A model generated the notes under the pieces. That model had not been told where the DNA came from. It did not search any database and was given only the letters and a program-made list of their open reading frames with translations. A DNA stretch of 49,800 bases, the filler included, from Bipalium vagum (taxonomy: Eukaryota): the NCBI GenBank assembly GCA_037834085.1. It is 2 parts of 2 records of this genome, joined end to end, with 100 filler letters (N's around TTAATTAATTAA, not from the genome) between each part and the next. Parts side by side here need not be neighbours in the genome. Positions count along the whole stretch, not along the records: positions 1 to 21,619 come from JBBMKC010234601.1; positions 21,720 to 49,800 come from JBBMKC010069755.1. One strand, given 5' to 3'. Position numbers and translations under genes: made by a program. Of this stretch, positions 13,301-23,556 are shown piece by piece; positions within the stretch are counted from its first letter, which is position 1, and the number at the start of each line of letters is the position of its first letter.

Positions 13301-16300
13301 AGCAAAAGAAATATTGTTAATTACTTTAAATACTAACTATTAACATTATTTTCTGAATCAGACTTTTATTTTAATGCTCAATCTCGTTATTTTTAATGAA
13401 TATTTCCTTTTTTGTTTTCTTGAAAAATTGTGAATTAATTTTGTTTTATTTAATTTACGAATATTCTTCTTCCTATACTCATAAAAAAGACATTAACATA
13501 AATTAAACTTAAAAATTTTATTAGGATAAATATTTGTATTAATGAAAAAAATTTTATTACTTACTAGTTAATAATAAACGAGTAAATGTAAAATTAAAAT
13601 ATATGAAAAAACAAAAAGAAAATAGACCATAGAAACAACTTTTAAAAAATTTACTACTGTGTTATTATTTAAACTATTTGCCACCGAATTTGTTGGTAAA
13701 CTTTGGATTTCTGATCCTTCATCTGATTGAAGACTGGGGCTCTTTAAATCGTTCGGATTCATTTCACCTTCAATACTTTGCATTGAATCTTCATCAAGCT
13801 AAAATAAATATTAATATTATATTTAACTGGCCAATTATCGAGTATTTCTACATGATTGGCAGTAGTGATGTTGGACGTTTCAATAGCCATATGTGAGTCT
13901 GTGGTTTCAAGTTTCAATTGTTTGTTATCCGTATCCCCCAAAACATCTAAAATTAAATCAATTATTTCATTCAAAGCAAAAATAGAAGTTATAAGCCTAA
14001 AATTGATAACTGAAATAAAAATGGGATATTTACTATTAACTTAGTCCGCGTACAATCAGTAAATTATTCAGTGAGTAAAAGTAAATAAAATAACAATTAT
14101 TATGATTAAAAAATAACATTAATCAATTAGGATTTATCGATGAGAAAACTGAATACTAGAAATAATTGAATTTATAATTAATTCAGAAAATAAGATTTTT
14201 AACTAAAAAAATTTTTTAGATTAATTAATAGTAATAAATTTAAAAAATATAATTAACGATTGTAAATATTGATTGATAATTTTAAAAATTTTATCTAAAT
14301 GTTATAGTTTAATAATTATTAAACTACATTTCTCCTACATAATGAAAACAAATTTCCTTCCATTCCAATATCGTATTCAAAAGTGGCATCGGAAACATGA
14401 TATCATGAAATATCTTAATATATTGTATTACGATGCCTATCAATGGAGTACGGACTGAGATCTAAAGGTAATTGGAATCTTGAAAGGATAGCAGGATGGT
14501 TACACCAAATACTTTTGCTTCCTATGCTTATGGAATAGTATGGCACGTGATCATCACTATACAGTCAAAGAATGGTCAAGCCATGAGAACCACACACCCG
14601 ACCAATGCAATATCAAGCATGAAGCACTTGTCAGTGTTGAGAATATACTATTTCCAACTCTTCATATCAAGCTAGGTCTTTTCAAGAACTTTATTATAGT
14701 TTTAAAACCCGAAGGCCAATCCCTTTAATTATTGAAAGTATATTTCATTAAATTATCAAGGGCTAAAATTAAAGAGATTTTGGTTGGACCACAAATACAG
14801 AAATTAATGAGAAATGTTCATTTCAAACACAACCTAAGTCAAACTGAACGCCGAGCATCTGAAGCTTTGATAGATAGCGTGAGCAACTTTTTAGGTTTGA
14901 TTTGTTGCTACCATATCTAAATAAAGTAATGTAATTTTAACAGATAAACACCGTTCCGTGGAATACCAGAAAACTATTTATAAATTACTGGATGCTTTTA
15001 AAGAGATGAATGTTAACTTCCTTTAAAATATACTTCTTGAAGTGCCACCTGAACATTTTCCCACAAGACTTTGACAAAATTAGTGATGAACATGGTGAAA
15101 GATTTCAATAAACAATAAGCATCATCGAAAAGCGATACCATGGCTGTGCGGATGAGCACATGGTTGCGGATTTCTTCTGGCTGCTTAAGATTTGTTAGTA
15201 CTATAAAAAATTTTAGTTACATAATCGGTGGTTTTTATATAAATTATTCATTTTTTAAAAACAAGAATTTTCTTGAAAATGAGACATGATGGAATAAAAC
15301 AGATTATATTTGGAATCAGCAGAAAAAACTACATCTGGTCAGATAACTTTTATCTAATAAAAAAAAATCAAAAATTCAAAAACCCCTGGCAGTGATAATT
15401 ATATATAAATTATTCTCTTAAAACAAAAATAATTTTAAACTGTACAACTGTACTTATTTTTAAAATTTAATAGTTAATATATCGCATTTTTATTCAATTC
15501 AAATTTGAATATACTACAAATATTGCAGATTAGAATTCTTTGTTAGAATTTGGAGAATACTCATCAGTTAGAGAATGAAAAAACAAACCCAAAGAAGATG
15601 ATTTTTGAACGCGTTTCAAGGCTGTTGCATTTCTTCTAGGTTGACTTTTCAGCATTGCATTTCTGATTGTATTAACCCCACATTCACTGAGCACTACGTT
15701 ATCCATGAAGAAGTTTCTATTGAAATAAAGTTTAATTAATATTTATTGCATTATCATTATTATTAAAATTCTTATACTTGGACGGGTCTGGTGACAAGGG
15801 GTCTTCTATTGTAGATCCAATAGCGCTAAGCAAAGAATTCTTGGTACCATACTCCATGGAATTTATGAGATTTGTCAAAACCTGCAACATAAATTCAATA
15901 AAAGTTCCAAATCGTCCATGATAATACTGTTTTATCGGCCACCAGAGACTGAGCTAAGGAGTCTCCATGTGTAGCACGCAAATGCAATAGTTGCTTATGA
16001 CCACTTCCTATCTCGACACCTTTTTCTCGACATATAACACAATGATAGCCTCCACCTTCAAATATAAATTCCAACTCTGCTTCTGTATTCAATTGGTCAC
16101 AGGCAGAATGCGAAAACCGGTCACAGACATCGCAAGTAAGCATCAGATCCCCATCATTATAATTGTTGCAACACACTGGACATTGGACTTTTGATGCACA
16201 TGGCGCACATGTAGTGTAATTATTTTCCCATGTCCCATTTTGTCCAGGATCTCTCTTTCCACAAAATTGGCACACTACACAATTCTGACATTTCCAGCTA

Positions 16301-19300
16301 CCCTACAAATGTTGATCGATTATTCGAAATTTAAAAAAAATAACAAAACTAACTCTGGGAACCTCATTTAGCGGTGGGTCGAGACAAAAGGTGTGATAAC
16401 TGATGTCACAATCATCACACAGCAACAATAAGTCTTCATTGGTGGCTTGACCACAACCTTCACAAACTGTGCAATCTAAGCAACGCCATCCTTTTTCAAT
16501 GATAACTTTTGTTAGCTTGCTGATTTCGGCACAATACGAATGATAACATTGACCACATTGAACGCAGCACAATAAAGGAGTATCGATTCCAAAAGACCCA
16601 CAAGAAACACACATATCTTGATCTAAAACAAAACTGTCATCTGCTCGGCACAATACAACAGTGCTGCTATGATCATCTTTTTCTTCATTGTTTTTTGATT
16701 CACACTGAAAAATCAATCATTATTTTCATCATGAAATTTTAAAACATTATAATATCAAAATATATTTTGCCAATATTCAAATCAGAATAAAAAAGCAAAT
16801 TGTCAATAAAATCGGAAATAATTTCGATGCAAAATGTGTTTTTTCAAAAATCTTACCACATTTATTTTACGTGCTTTAGCCCTGCGAGATTTTTTACTGT
16901 TCAAGGCGTTGTTGCGTTTTAGATTAGACGACTTGCCACTGGCACTCTGAATTTAAAAAGAAAAATATTAATTTCAGCATCTTTTATGAATTAATTGATC
17001 AACTCTCATAATTTATGACAAAATAAGAAAATTATTGTAGTTTTACATTAAAATGAAAGATTTTCCGTAATCTTTTTCTATGATTACCAAATTATTTTAC
17101 AAAGAATAAATTTTTCTATAAAACAAACAATATTGATTTAGATGGCACATTTTCCCCATTAATTATACAATAATTAATGTATAATTTCTGTGGATGAAAA
17201 TAAAAGACAATAATATGTTTAAAAACGTAATACGCGTATTTTAAAATCGAAAAATATTTATAAGAAACCCTTTTATGAATGAAATTTTTTCACTGTTATA
17301 CAATTTTATTTTACTGAATAAAAACAACACCTTTGACTTTCCCTTATTAACAGAATGTAATTTTTTCTTGCTAGAGGAAGCACTGGTCTCATTAGTCTTA
17401 TCCTTGTTATTTCGAGTTAGCGGAAGCTGAAATTTACCACTGCTGTTACTTTGACAATAAGTCTGTGGTGTTGTAGATCCCGATATAGTGCTTGAATCAT
17501 CAATGCTATTGCTTCTATAATCTTGCTCAATACTTCGATTGACTATCGCTGAGCACTGAGAATCCAAACCCAACATTCTTGGTGGTAATGGATCAAATTC
17601 TGACAACAGTCCAGTTTCTTCGTCATCTACATCGTCCAGATCATCAACAATTTCTTCTTCTCCATAACTACCTGGCATAGGACTCGTTCGTGTAGATGCA
17701 ACCTAAATCACATTCACTAAAAGAGGTCATATTAAGATCAGGAGAGCAATACTTCACTAGAGGTTGCTGAACCTCTGTTATGACATGAAGGACATTGATA
17801 ATTAAAATTAATGTGTGTCAGGCTCGATACGTTCGACTCATCACCGACACCAATCCCTCCACCACCACCACCACCACCACCACTGCTAGATGAACCAAGA
17901 GAATAAACAGGAGATGGCATCCTAGCAAGAACAGGATCGCATTCAACATGAACCATTTTATGACAAGTTGCACATTTTCGACCTGTCCATTTGCTGGATG
18001 ATGCAGGATTCTAAAAGCAGAACAAATACGATAATGTATGAATTAAAACAATGAACTTATATTTTTACAATTTATAAACATTTAGTTATAGGAGATCCAT
18101 AATTTAAGTTAGAGAATCACTTATATCACCTTAGGTGGCAATGAACATCTCCACGCACGTTCACATACGGCACAAATGGAATGACCACGTCGCTTAGTTT
18201 GAGCACATCTATCACATAAAGTGTAATTGTTATGCCAGCGAATGGTAGTATTATTCTGCAAAGTCAATAAAAATAAAATAAAACGAACATCAAATAATCT
18301 TTGAACCTGGTTGCTTTTGCTGTTACCACTGTTATTTAATGCAAAATAACTGGACTTAAGAGAAAACCCACAATCATTGCATACCCGACAGGAGTCACAT
18401 TTCCAACCATTCTTTGGAATGGCAGCCATTGGTGGTTGTAGGCAATAAGTATGAAAACCTTTGTCACAAACATCACAGACCAACATTTTCTTTTCATCTT
18501 TACTTTCACTGATTGAATGAAAATTATATATTCGATAATCGTGAAATCAATAATACATACCTGCACACGAGACAAGTTTTACATTCAGCACATTGCCAAC
18601 CGGCCCTAACTGTCGGACTAAGAATTAGTGGAGGTTCCAGACAATTACTATGGTAGTGCTGTCCACAACTGGTACAAGATATAAGGTCATTCACCCCTCC
18701 TTTCCGTTCACATAACGAGCAAATACAGTGTTCATCTAGTTTTTTTAATGATAATAATTATACAATTTCTACAGATTTGCTTTTAAAACAAGATATTGTA
18801 GAAAATTTTTAGAAAAATCGACTTCTCTTTGAATTGTATTTTTTTTACTATTAACAATACAAAGAGTCAAACCAATAATTTTATTTTCAGTGATAAGAGT
18901 TCATTTAGTCAAGTCATCTTACACAAAATGGATTATAATTCTGAATCGAACTGTAAAATAAGAGGTAGTTATTAATTTTATTTTAACATTTCTCAATTAA
19001 TAGTAATAGTAATATCTCAAATAGCAATATTTACTGGAAAAATCAGCTTCGTGTGTGTGATTTGGACACCACAATTGCAAATTTACAAAGTCCTGGAAGC
19101 ACCCAGCTGCTGCTGCACAAGGATAATGGAACTTGTGTTTACATTGCTTGTTACGGCAGGCTATTGTAGCTCCCAATTTTAAGCAGAAGCTGCATTGCTG
19201 ATTGAGACCTGTTTGCACTGCTATTTCAACATTTTCTAAATTATCCTAATGAAAACCAAATTAAGCTTAAGCTTAATATCAGTTTTGAAATTCATACTTG

Positions 19301-20294
19301 GTCGGTTATTGTAACACCTTCTGACCATGCTGCACAACAATGATGAGCATAGTAATAGCTATCTCCATTATGGTTTTTAACTGTTGAAACTGGATCTTGA
19401 GATAAGAGATGTCCAAATAAAAATTTTTCTTCACTATTAGGGCCTTGCACTCCATTATTGGTATCGCCGGAGTTACAATTAATAGGTTTCCATGACAATT
19501 GGTTGTTATTTAGAGTTGATGAAGATGATCTGCATATATCGGTTCCTATTCCGGAAACAACTACCGTTGAAGGCAGGCCTACTAAAGCAAGTTCGTCAAT
19601 CAATCCAAATGGCCGGCCTTCGCTATCGACAAATGCATTCATTATCCTAGTCAAGCTTGGTTTTCCATCCGTTCTGATTAAAACTAAAATTCATATTCTT
19701 CATTCAATAAATTATGTACCCAATAATTTTGTTATCTCTTTGTCTTTTATTGGTATCCAAACAACAATATTGGTCACTTGATATTGCTTCGTCATTTCGA
19801 TTAATGCGACTATATGATAAGGACCTGGTGATATTTCCTGACTTTCCACGACCTGTCTGTGGTAAAACGGAGAAATCTGACCACCATGATAAACATGGTA
19901 AAGGAGATTCATTTGTGTAAAATTTAAGCATTTCACCTTGACCAAATTTGTTATGTGGTCCTAATCCACAAAATGAACATTTCATCGGATTACCAACATT
20001 GTTTCCAGTTATACAATTATTAAATTGGATTGTACTATATTCATCAAATATTGCTGAAGACTCCACTGGAAATGATGAACTATTATTACTATTTAAATAT
20101 CTAATAACTTAATTAAAAAAATATTACCTATTCTTATTCATTTTTGAAAAACCAAGAATTTCTTCGGTTTTACAATGAGAAGCACTTGCAGATTCATCTG
20201 TTATTTCGTCATTTGTTATTTTAATTTTTATATGTTTAGTATTTACTGACTGTATTGATTCAAAAAGATCACAGTCTTTATTTTCATCACACAT
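1963..20294 (-). CDS. KMT2C: KMT2C/KMT2D (MLL3/4) family chromatin regulator, N-terminal PHD/HMG (Lpt-like) portion; multi-exon, 3'-incomplete in window
   Basis: Manually spliced exons in gene order: 20128-20294, 19720-20079, 19298-19673, 19035-19245, 18561-18735, 18307-18508, 18130-18255, 17753-18010, 17331-17702, 16857-16946, 16354-16704, 15928-16302, 15778-15881, 15589-15716, 13852-13946, 13655(or 13628)-13798, 12670-12966, 12511-12622, 12255-12464, 11613-12203, 11221-11568, 9757-10253, 9537-9690, 7094-7518, 6966-7040, 6530-6841, 2404-4320, 1963-2347. All junctions are GT-AG with consistent phases, about 8.86 kb and 2950 aa with no stop. Motifs recognised from MLL3/4: [87 protein letters not shown]. 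The symbol is a family-level call; an invertebrate gene would be co-orthologous to KMT2C and KMT2D. Confidence 0.93.
4600..5500 (+). mobile_element. mariner transposon remnant, frameshifted
   Basis: HTH fragment, DPHALT (WVPH-like linker), [23 protein letters not shown]; right end ..ATCAACCTAA-TA; left boundary approximate. Confidence 0.88.
6318..6477. mobile_element. 160-bp MITE with TA target duplication
   Basis: TA-CAGTGAAACCTGCTTAAATTGAACACC ... GGTGTTCATTTATGCAGGTTTCACTG-TA; internal GGTGTTCA subterminal repeats. Confidence 0.88.
6530..7518 (-). CDS. KMT2C: KMT2C/D-like exons 24-26: HMG-box region
   Basis: [60 protein letters not shown]|NKSRMNK across a 53-nt intron (7041-7093). Confidence 0.9.
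8336..9120 (+). mobile_element. Internally deleted mariner element
   Basis: TIRs TCGGGTTGATGCATAAATTCTGTCGC / GCGACAGAATATATGCATCAACCCAA flanked by TA; remnants [31 protein letters not shown]. Confidence 0.88.
9537..13946 (-). CDS. KMT2C: KMT2C/D-like exons 15-23: GIGGF and YPxYLxxAFxG motifs plus low-complexity region
   Basis: Exon 12670-12966 encodes [11 protein letters not shown] and [19 protein letters not shown], motifs found between the PHD cluster and HMG box in MLL3/4; flanking exons join in phase. Confidence 0.85.
10560..11110 (+). mobile_element. Highly decayed mariner remnant
   Basis: HNNTRPH (HDNARPH-like) near 10821-10841, degenerate PPYSP-like and GIxKL-like fragments; boundaries approximate. 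Confidence 0.5.
14370..15394 (+). mobile_element. Chapaev3-like (CMC) DNA transposon remnant, 3' part
   Basis: [80 protein letters not shown]; right end CAGTG (reverse complement of CACTG) at 15390-15394; family assignment from recalled motifs. Confidence 0.75.
15589..17702 (-). CDS. KMT2C: KMT2C/D-like exons 9-14: linker and second (triple) PHD finger cluster
   Basis: [73 protein letters not shown]|[52 protein letters not shown]; then [12 protein letters not shown]. Confidence 0.95.
17753..18735 (-). CDS. KMT2C: KMT2C/D-like exons 5-8: first PHD finger cluster
   Basis: [32 protein letters not shown]; [33 protein letters not shown]; [12 protein letters not shown]; [23 protein letters not shown]. 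Confidence 0.92.
19035..20294 (-). CDS. KMT2C: KMT2C/D-like exons 1-4: start codon and extended PHD (ePHD, HC5HC2H zinc-binding) domain
   Basis: MCDENKDC... then [65 protein letters not shown]; three 46-52 nt introns. Confidence 0.88.
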
Positions 20295-20676
20295 CTTATA
20301 CAAATTTATTTAAGCTCTGTGAACAATAATTTATAATTTATATAATTACAAAATAATCATATTAGTTTACATTTTACTTTTGATTTGCATTAATTAAACA
20401 AAATAACTTTCCAATAATTGTTTATAATAAATTTATTGAAGTGAAATAATTAAAATTAGTTTTTCAATATGTGAGCTTTCAATATTTTTTCATAATAATT
20501 CCTTTTGCTTTTGAATTCTGCACATCTAGGAAGCTTTAAATACTTTTTATTAATTTTTTTAAAAATACATTGTTGAATTATTTTTAATTGATTAAAAATT
20601 TAAAAATTAATTAATTTCTTAATAAAAAAAAAATTTTAAAATCTACTGGAAACTTATAATAACTGAAAATTGTCAC

Positions 20677-20979
20677 CTGTGCTTCAATTATTATATTCCT
20701 TATTTTTTCCCACATTTTTCAGATTTTTATTTAAATACAAAACCCAAATTGATGATGTTGAGCCAGTGACTAAAAGCTAGCTGATGGATTTATGAGTAGA
20801 TTAAAGTGATGGAACTCATTTTCAGAATAGATCTTAGTTTTGAAATTAGTGTTCTCAGGGTGACTTCCTTCTTCATGTAACAAACACTTGATACAGAGTA
20901 CTTGATACTTTGTTCGACCACCAAAGGAATTTTGCGTTGCATAGAGTTGGTTTGAGCAGCAATTTGTGAATCTTTTTTA
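20677..20979 (-). other. Candidate non-coding 5'UTR exon of the KMT2C/D-like gene
   Basis: GC-richer island bounded on the minus strand by acceptor ACACAG| (20980) and donor CAG|GTGACA (20676); next acceptor TTCACAG| lies 22 nt before the ATG; stops in all three frames. Confidence 0.4.
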
Positions 20980-20999
20980 CTGTGTTAATATATATATTT

Positions 21000-21619
21000 T
21001 TTTAAGTACACGCTTTTTAAAAAACATTTTTGAACACGCAAAATTTTATTCATACTGCTATCTTGAAACATGTTTCGATCTCTTCTTTCAGATCTTCTTC
21101 AGTCAATTTTCTTCTTCTTCGATGACTTTCTTCAAATGATATCACTATCATGATTTAAAAATATTATCTGCATTATTATTGGATAAAAGTAAAAAAATTT
21201 TTTAATTCTACAAACTTTAAAAATATCATGTTTTTTAATATTTAAAAATTTTTTTTAATTATTCTTTTTTTTTTAAATAATTATTTTTTAAAATATTAAA
21301 TAAGGAAAACATTAATCATCCATTGATTTCTGCTTTCTCCATTTTGTGAATTAATTTCAGGTTTTAGTTTTTTAATTACTAATAATTCGCATATTTTTCT
21401 TTCTTCATCGTTATCAAAGTTGGTCATTACTACATTAAACTCATTTTCATTGGCATATTTATTTCCTTCTCTTTCTTTGCAGCTCACAGTATGATCCAAA
21501 ACTTTGCTTATTCTACTTTTTTGTGAATGCTCACTAATTCGTGTTTTGAGGTGACGTTGTGTCTCCCCTATGTATAGATGACCACATCCATGACATTGGA
21601 ATTTGTACACGATATTAGC
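21000..21619 (-). mobile_element. Penelope-like retroelement 3' end: GIY-YIG endonuclease domain and 3' region, truncated by contig end
   Basis: ORF 21296-21610: [52 protein letters not shown], the GIY-YIG with CCHH motif typical of Penelope/Poseidon-group elements; hammerhead motif downstream. Confidence 0.9.
21063..21106 (-). ncRNA. Minimal type I hammerhead ribozyme (PLE-type)
   Basis: Minus strand reads UUGA-CUGAAGA-A-GAUCU-gaaagaag-AGAUC-GAAA-C-AU-G-U-U/UCAA: stem I UUGA/UCAA, stem II GAUCU/AGAUC, palindromic stem III region GAAACAUGUUUC; predicted cleavage between 21067 and 21066. Confidence 0.8.
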
Positions 21620-21719
21620 NNNNNNNNNNNNNNNNNNNNNNNNNNNNNNNNNNNNNNNNNNNNTTAATTAATTAANNNNNNNNNNNNNNNNNNNNNNNNN
21701 NNNNNNNNNNNNNNNNNNN
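21620..21719. other. Artificial contig-joining spacer (assembly gap)
   Basis: 44 N + TTAATTAATTAA (stops in all six frames) + 44 N = 100 nt. Confidence 0.95.
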
Positions 21720-22914
21720 TTAAAGTGGTAAAATATTTCCAATGGATAAATGTCAATAGATAAAGATTGAAAAGTAATAATAATAATAATAATAATAATA
21801 ATTAATGAATTGAAATCTGAAAGGGTTTTTTCTTTTAGTAAGGAAAATAAAATTAATAATAAATAATAATTATTCTAATCTGCAAAGATTCAAAAATAAA
21901 TAAATAAATATCCCTCTAACAAAAAAAATTATTTATTTAAAATATTATTTTTCCTCCCATAATTCATTTTCTCATTTTTCATTCACATAACGTCTTTCAT
22001 TATAATAATGCAAATAATAATTTTAACATAATAATAATAATAACTATCATGATATTTATAAAATTAATACTAAAGTACTTAGTAACAGAAGGCATAATTT
22101 AAAATTCATATTATTACTATTAATATTTTATTATATAAATATTATTATGATTATTATTATTATTATAATTATTATCGCGATTAACGTCAGGAAAATAATT
22201 GTAAAAGCAATATTGGTTGTTCAATAAAATATAGAAATTACCACGTCAGTTATTAGCTATAATAGCTTGCCTGTTCAGCTGTTATTATGGCACGGAGGTA
22301 ACCTTAGCATATGATTTATTATTTGGAAAATATAATTGACACTCAACCATTAAACAGTAAAGAATTTTAATCAAAATTAAATTAATTTTTCAACACGCAC
22401 TGCGAATGGAAAAATTTATTCTGCAGTCAATCTCAATAAATTAATTTTATTATGTAATCTAAATTTATATGTGATATAAATTTTGAATAAAAAAAATAAT
22501 TTATTGAAGATGTTAAATGTCTATAAAATATTATTGTTGTGTGATAATTAATTGTATTATTAGAACGATATCACCATGACAAAATTAGGCAAATTGGCCA
22601 CCAGATCTGTGTTTTTACAGATCCTCCAGGATTCCTATTTCATTGAGGATAGTTGTTAAAGATTTTAACCTTTGTTTTACTGGGTCCAACCTTTCCTTCA
22701 TTACGGTTGCTCATGGGAAACAGACTTAATACATAAAGTTGTACGATGAATAAGTTAAACTGATTTTTTATCATTGTTCTTTAAAAGGGATTCTAATTAT
22801 GTACTTTTTAAAATAGCCGCTTTTAATAAATTTTAAAGTTATAATGAATATATATGCGTGTTTCTCTTTTGACTTGACATGCAATTCTTAAAAAGTGAAA
22901 CAATAAAAGATAAT

Positions 22915-23556
22915 TAAAAACAATAAGTATCAGATTTTAAAACAATGAAAAGCATTTTACATGCTTTGTGACCAATGTTATTTATTATAGAAACTAGGAT
23001 TTGTGAAATTTTATGTAAGCCTTTTATTGTTTTAATAAGTTAACAAAAATCAAATCACAAAAATTTTTTTTAGATTGATGAAGAACATCCTATAACGAAA
23101 TGCTGCTAAAGAAACTGGAAGCGGTTTTAAAACTACATTATTTATCAGAGAGCAAGATCCAAATTAATTTTTCAACAGAACGGAGCTCATACTCATTACT
23201 CACTCGAAGTTCGAAATATTTCTGAACAGAAAATTAAATGAAAATGAATTGGTACAGTAGATTAGATCTTTCCCCAATTGATTTCCTTCTTTGGAGATAT
23301 CAAAAGCAAAAAAACCAAAGAAATTAAAAGATCTAACAGATGCAATCAAAGAAGAAACATCTGAAAAATCGCCAAAAATGTGAAAACAAATAATCTGACT
23401 TCTTTTTACCGTCAATCATAACATCGTATTAGAGTTAATAGATGTCCTGTTGAAAAATATTGATTTTTAATAAATGTTTATTTCATTGTGTTAAAAATGT
23501 ACAGCTTTATGTCAAGTATATTTAACAAATCTGATACTTACTTTTTACACACCTTG
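22915..23556 (+). mobile_element. Deleted Tc1/mariner-superfamily element
   Basis: Inverted repeat TAAGTATCAGATTT (near 22924) / AAATCTGATACTTA..CACACCTTG-TA (near 23527-23558); IFQQNGAHTH remnant. Confidence 0.65.

Noticed and set aside
9853-19920. Short + strand ORFs overlapping KMT2 exons (9853, 9858, 12827, 13678, 13856, 15991, 19458, 19714)
   Set aside because: Antisense shadows of coding exons
21296-21610. GIY-YIG ORF as a homing endonuclease, SLX1/UvrC or bacterial gene
   Set aside because: The CCHH motif, second decayed copy and adjacent hammerhead point to a Penelope-like element
21664-21675. TTAATTAATTAA as a biological palindrome or homeodomain site
   Set aside because: Centred within symmetric N runs; artificial linker
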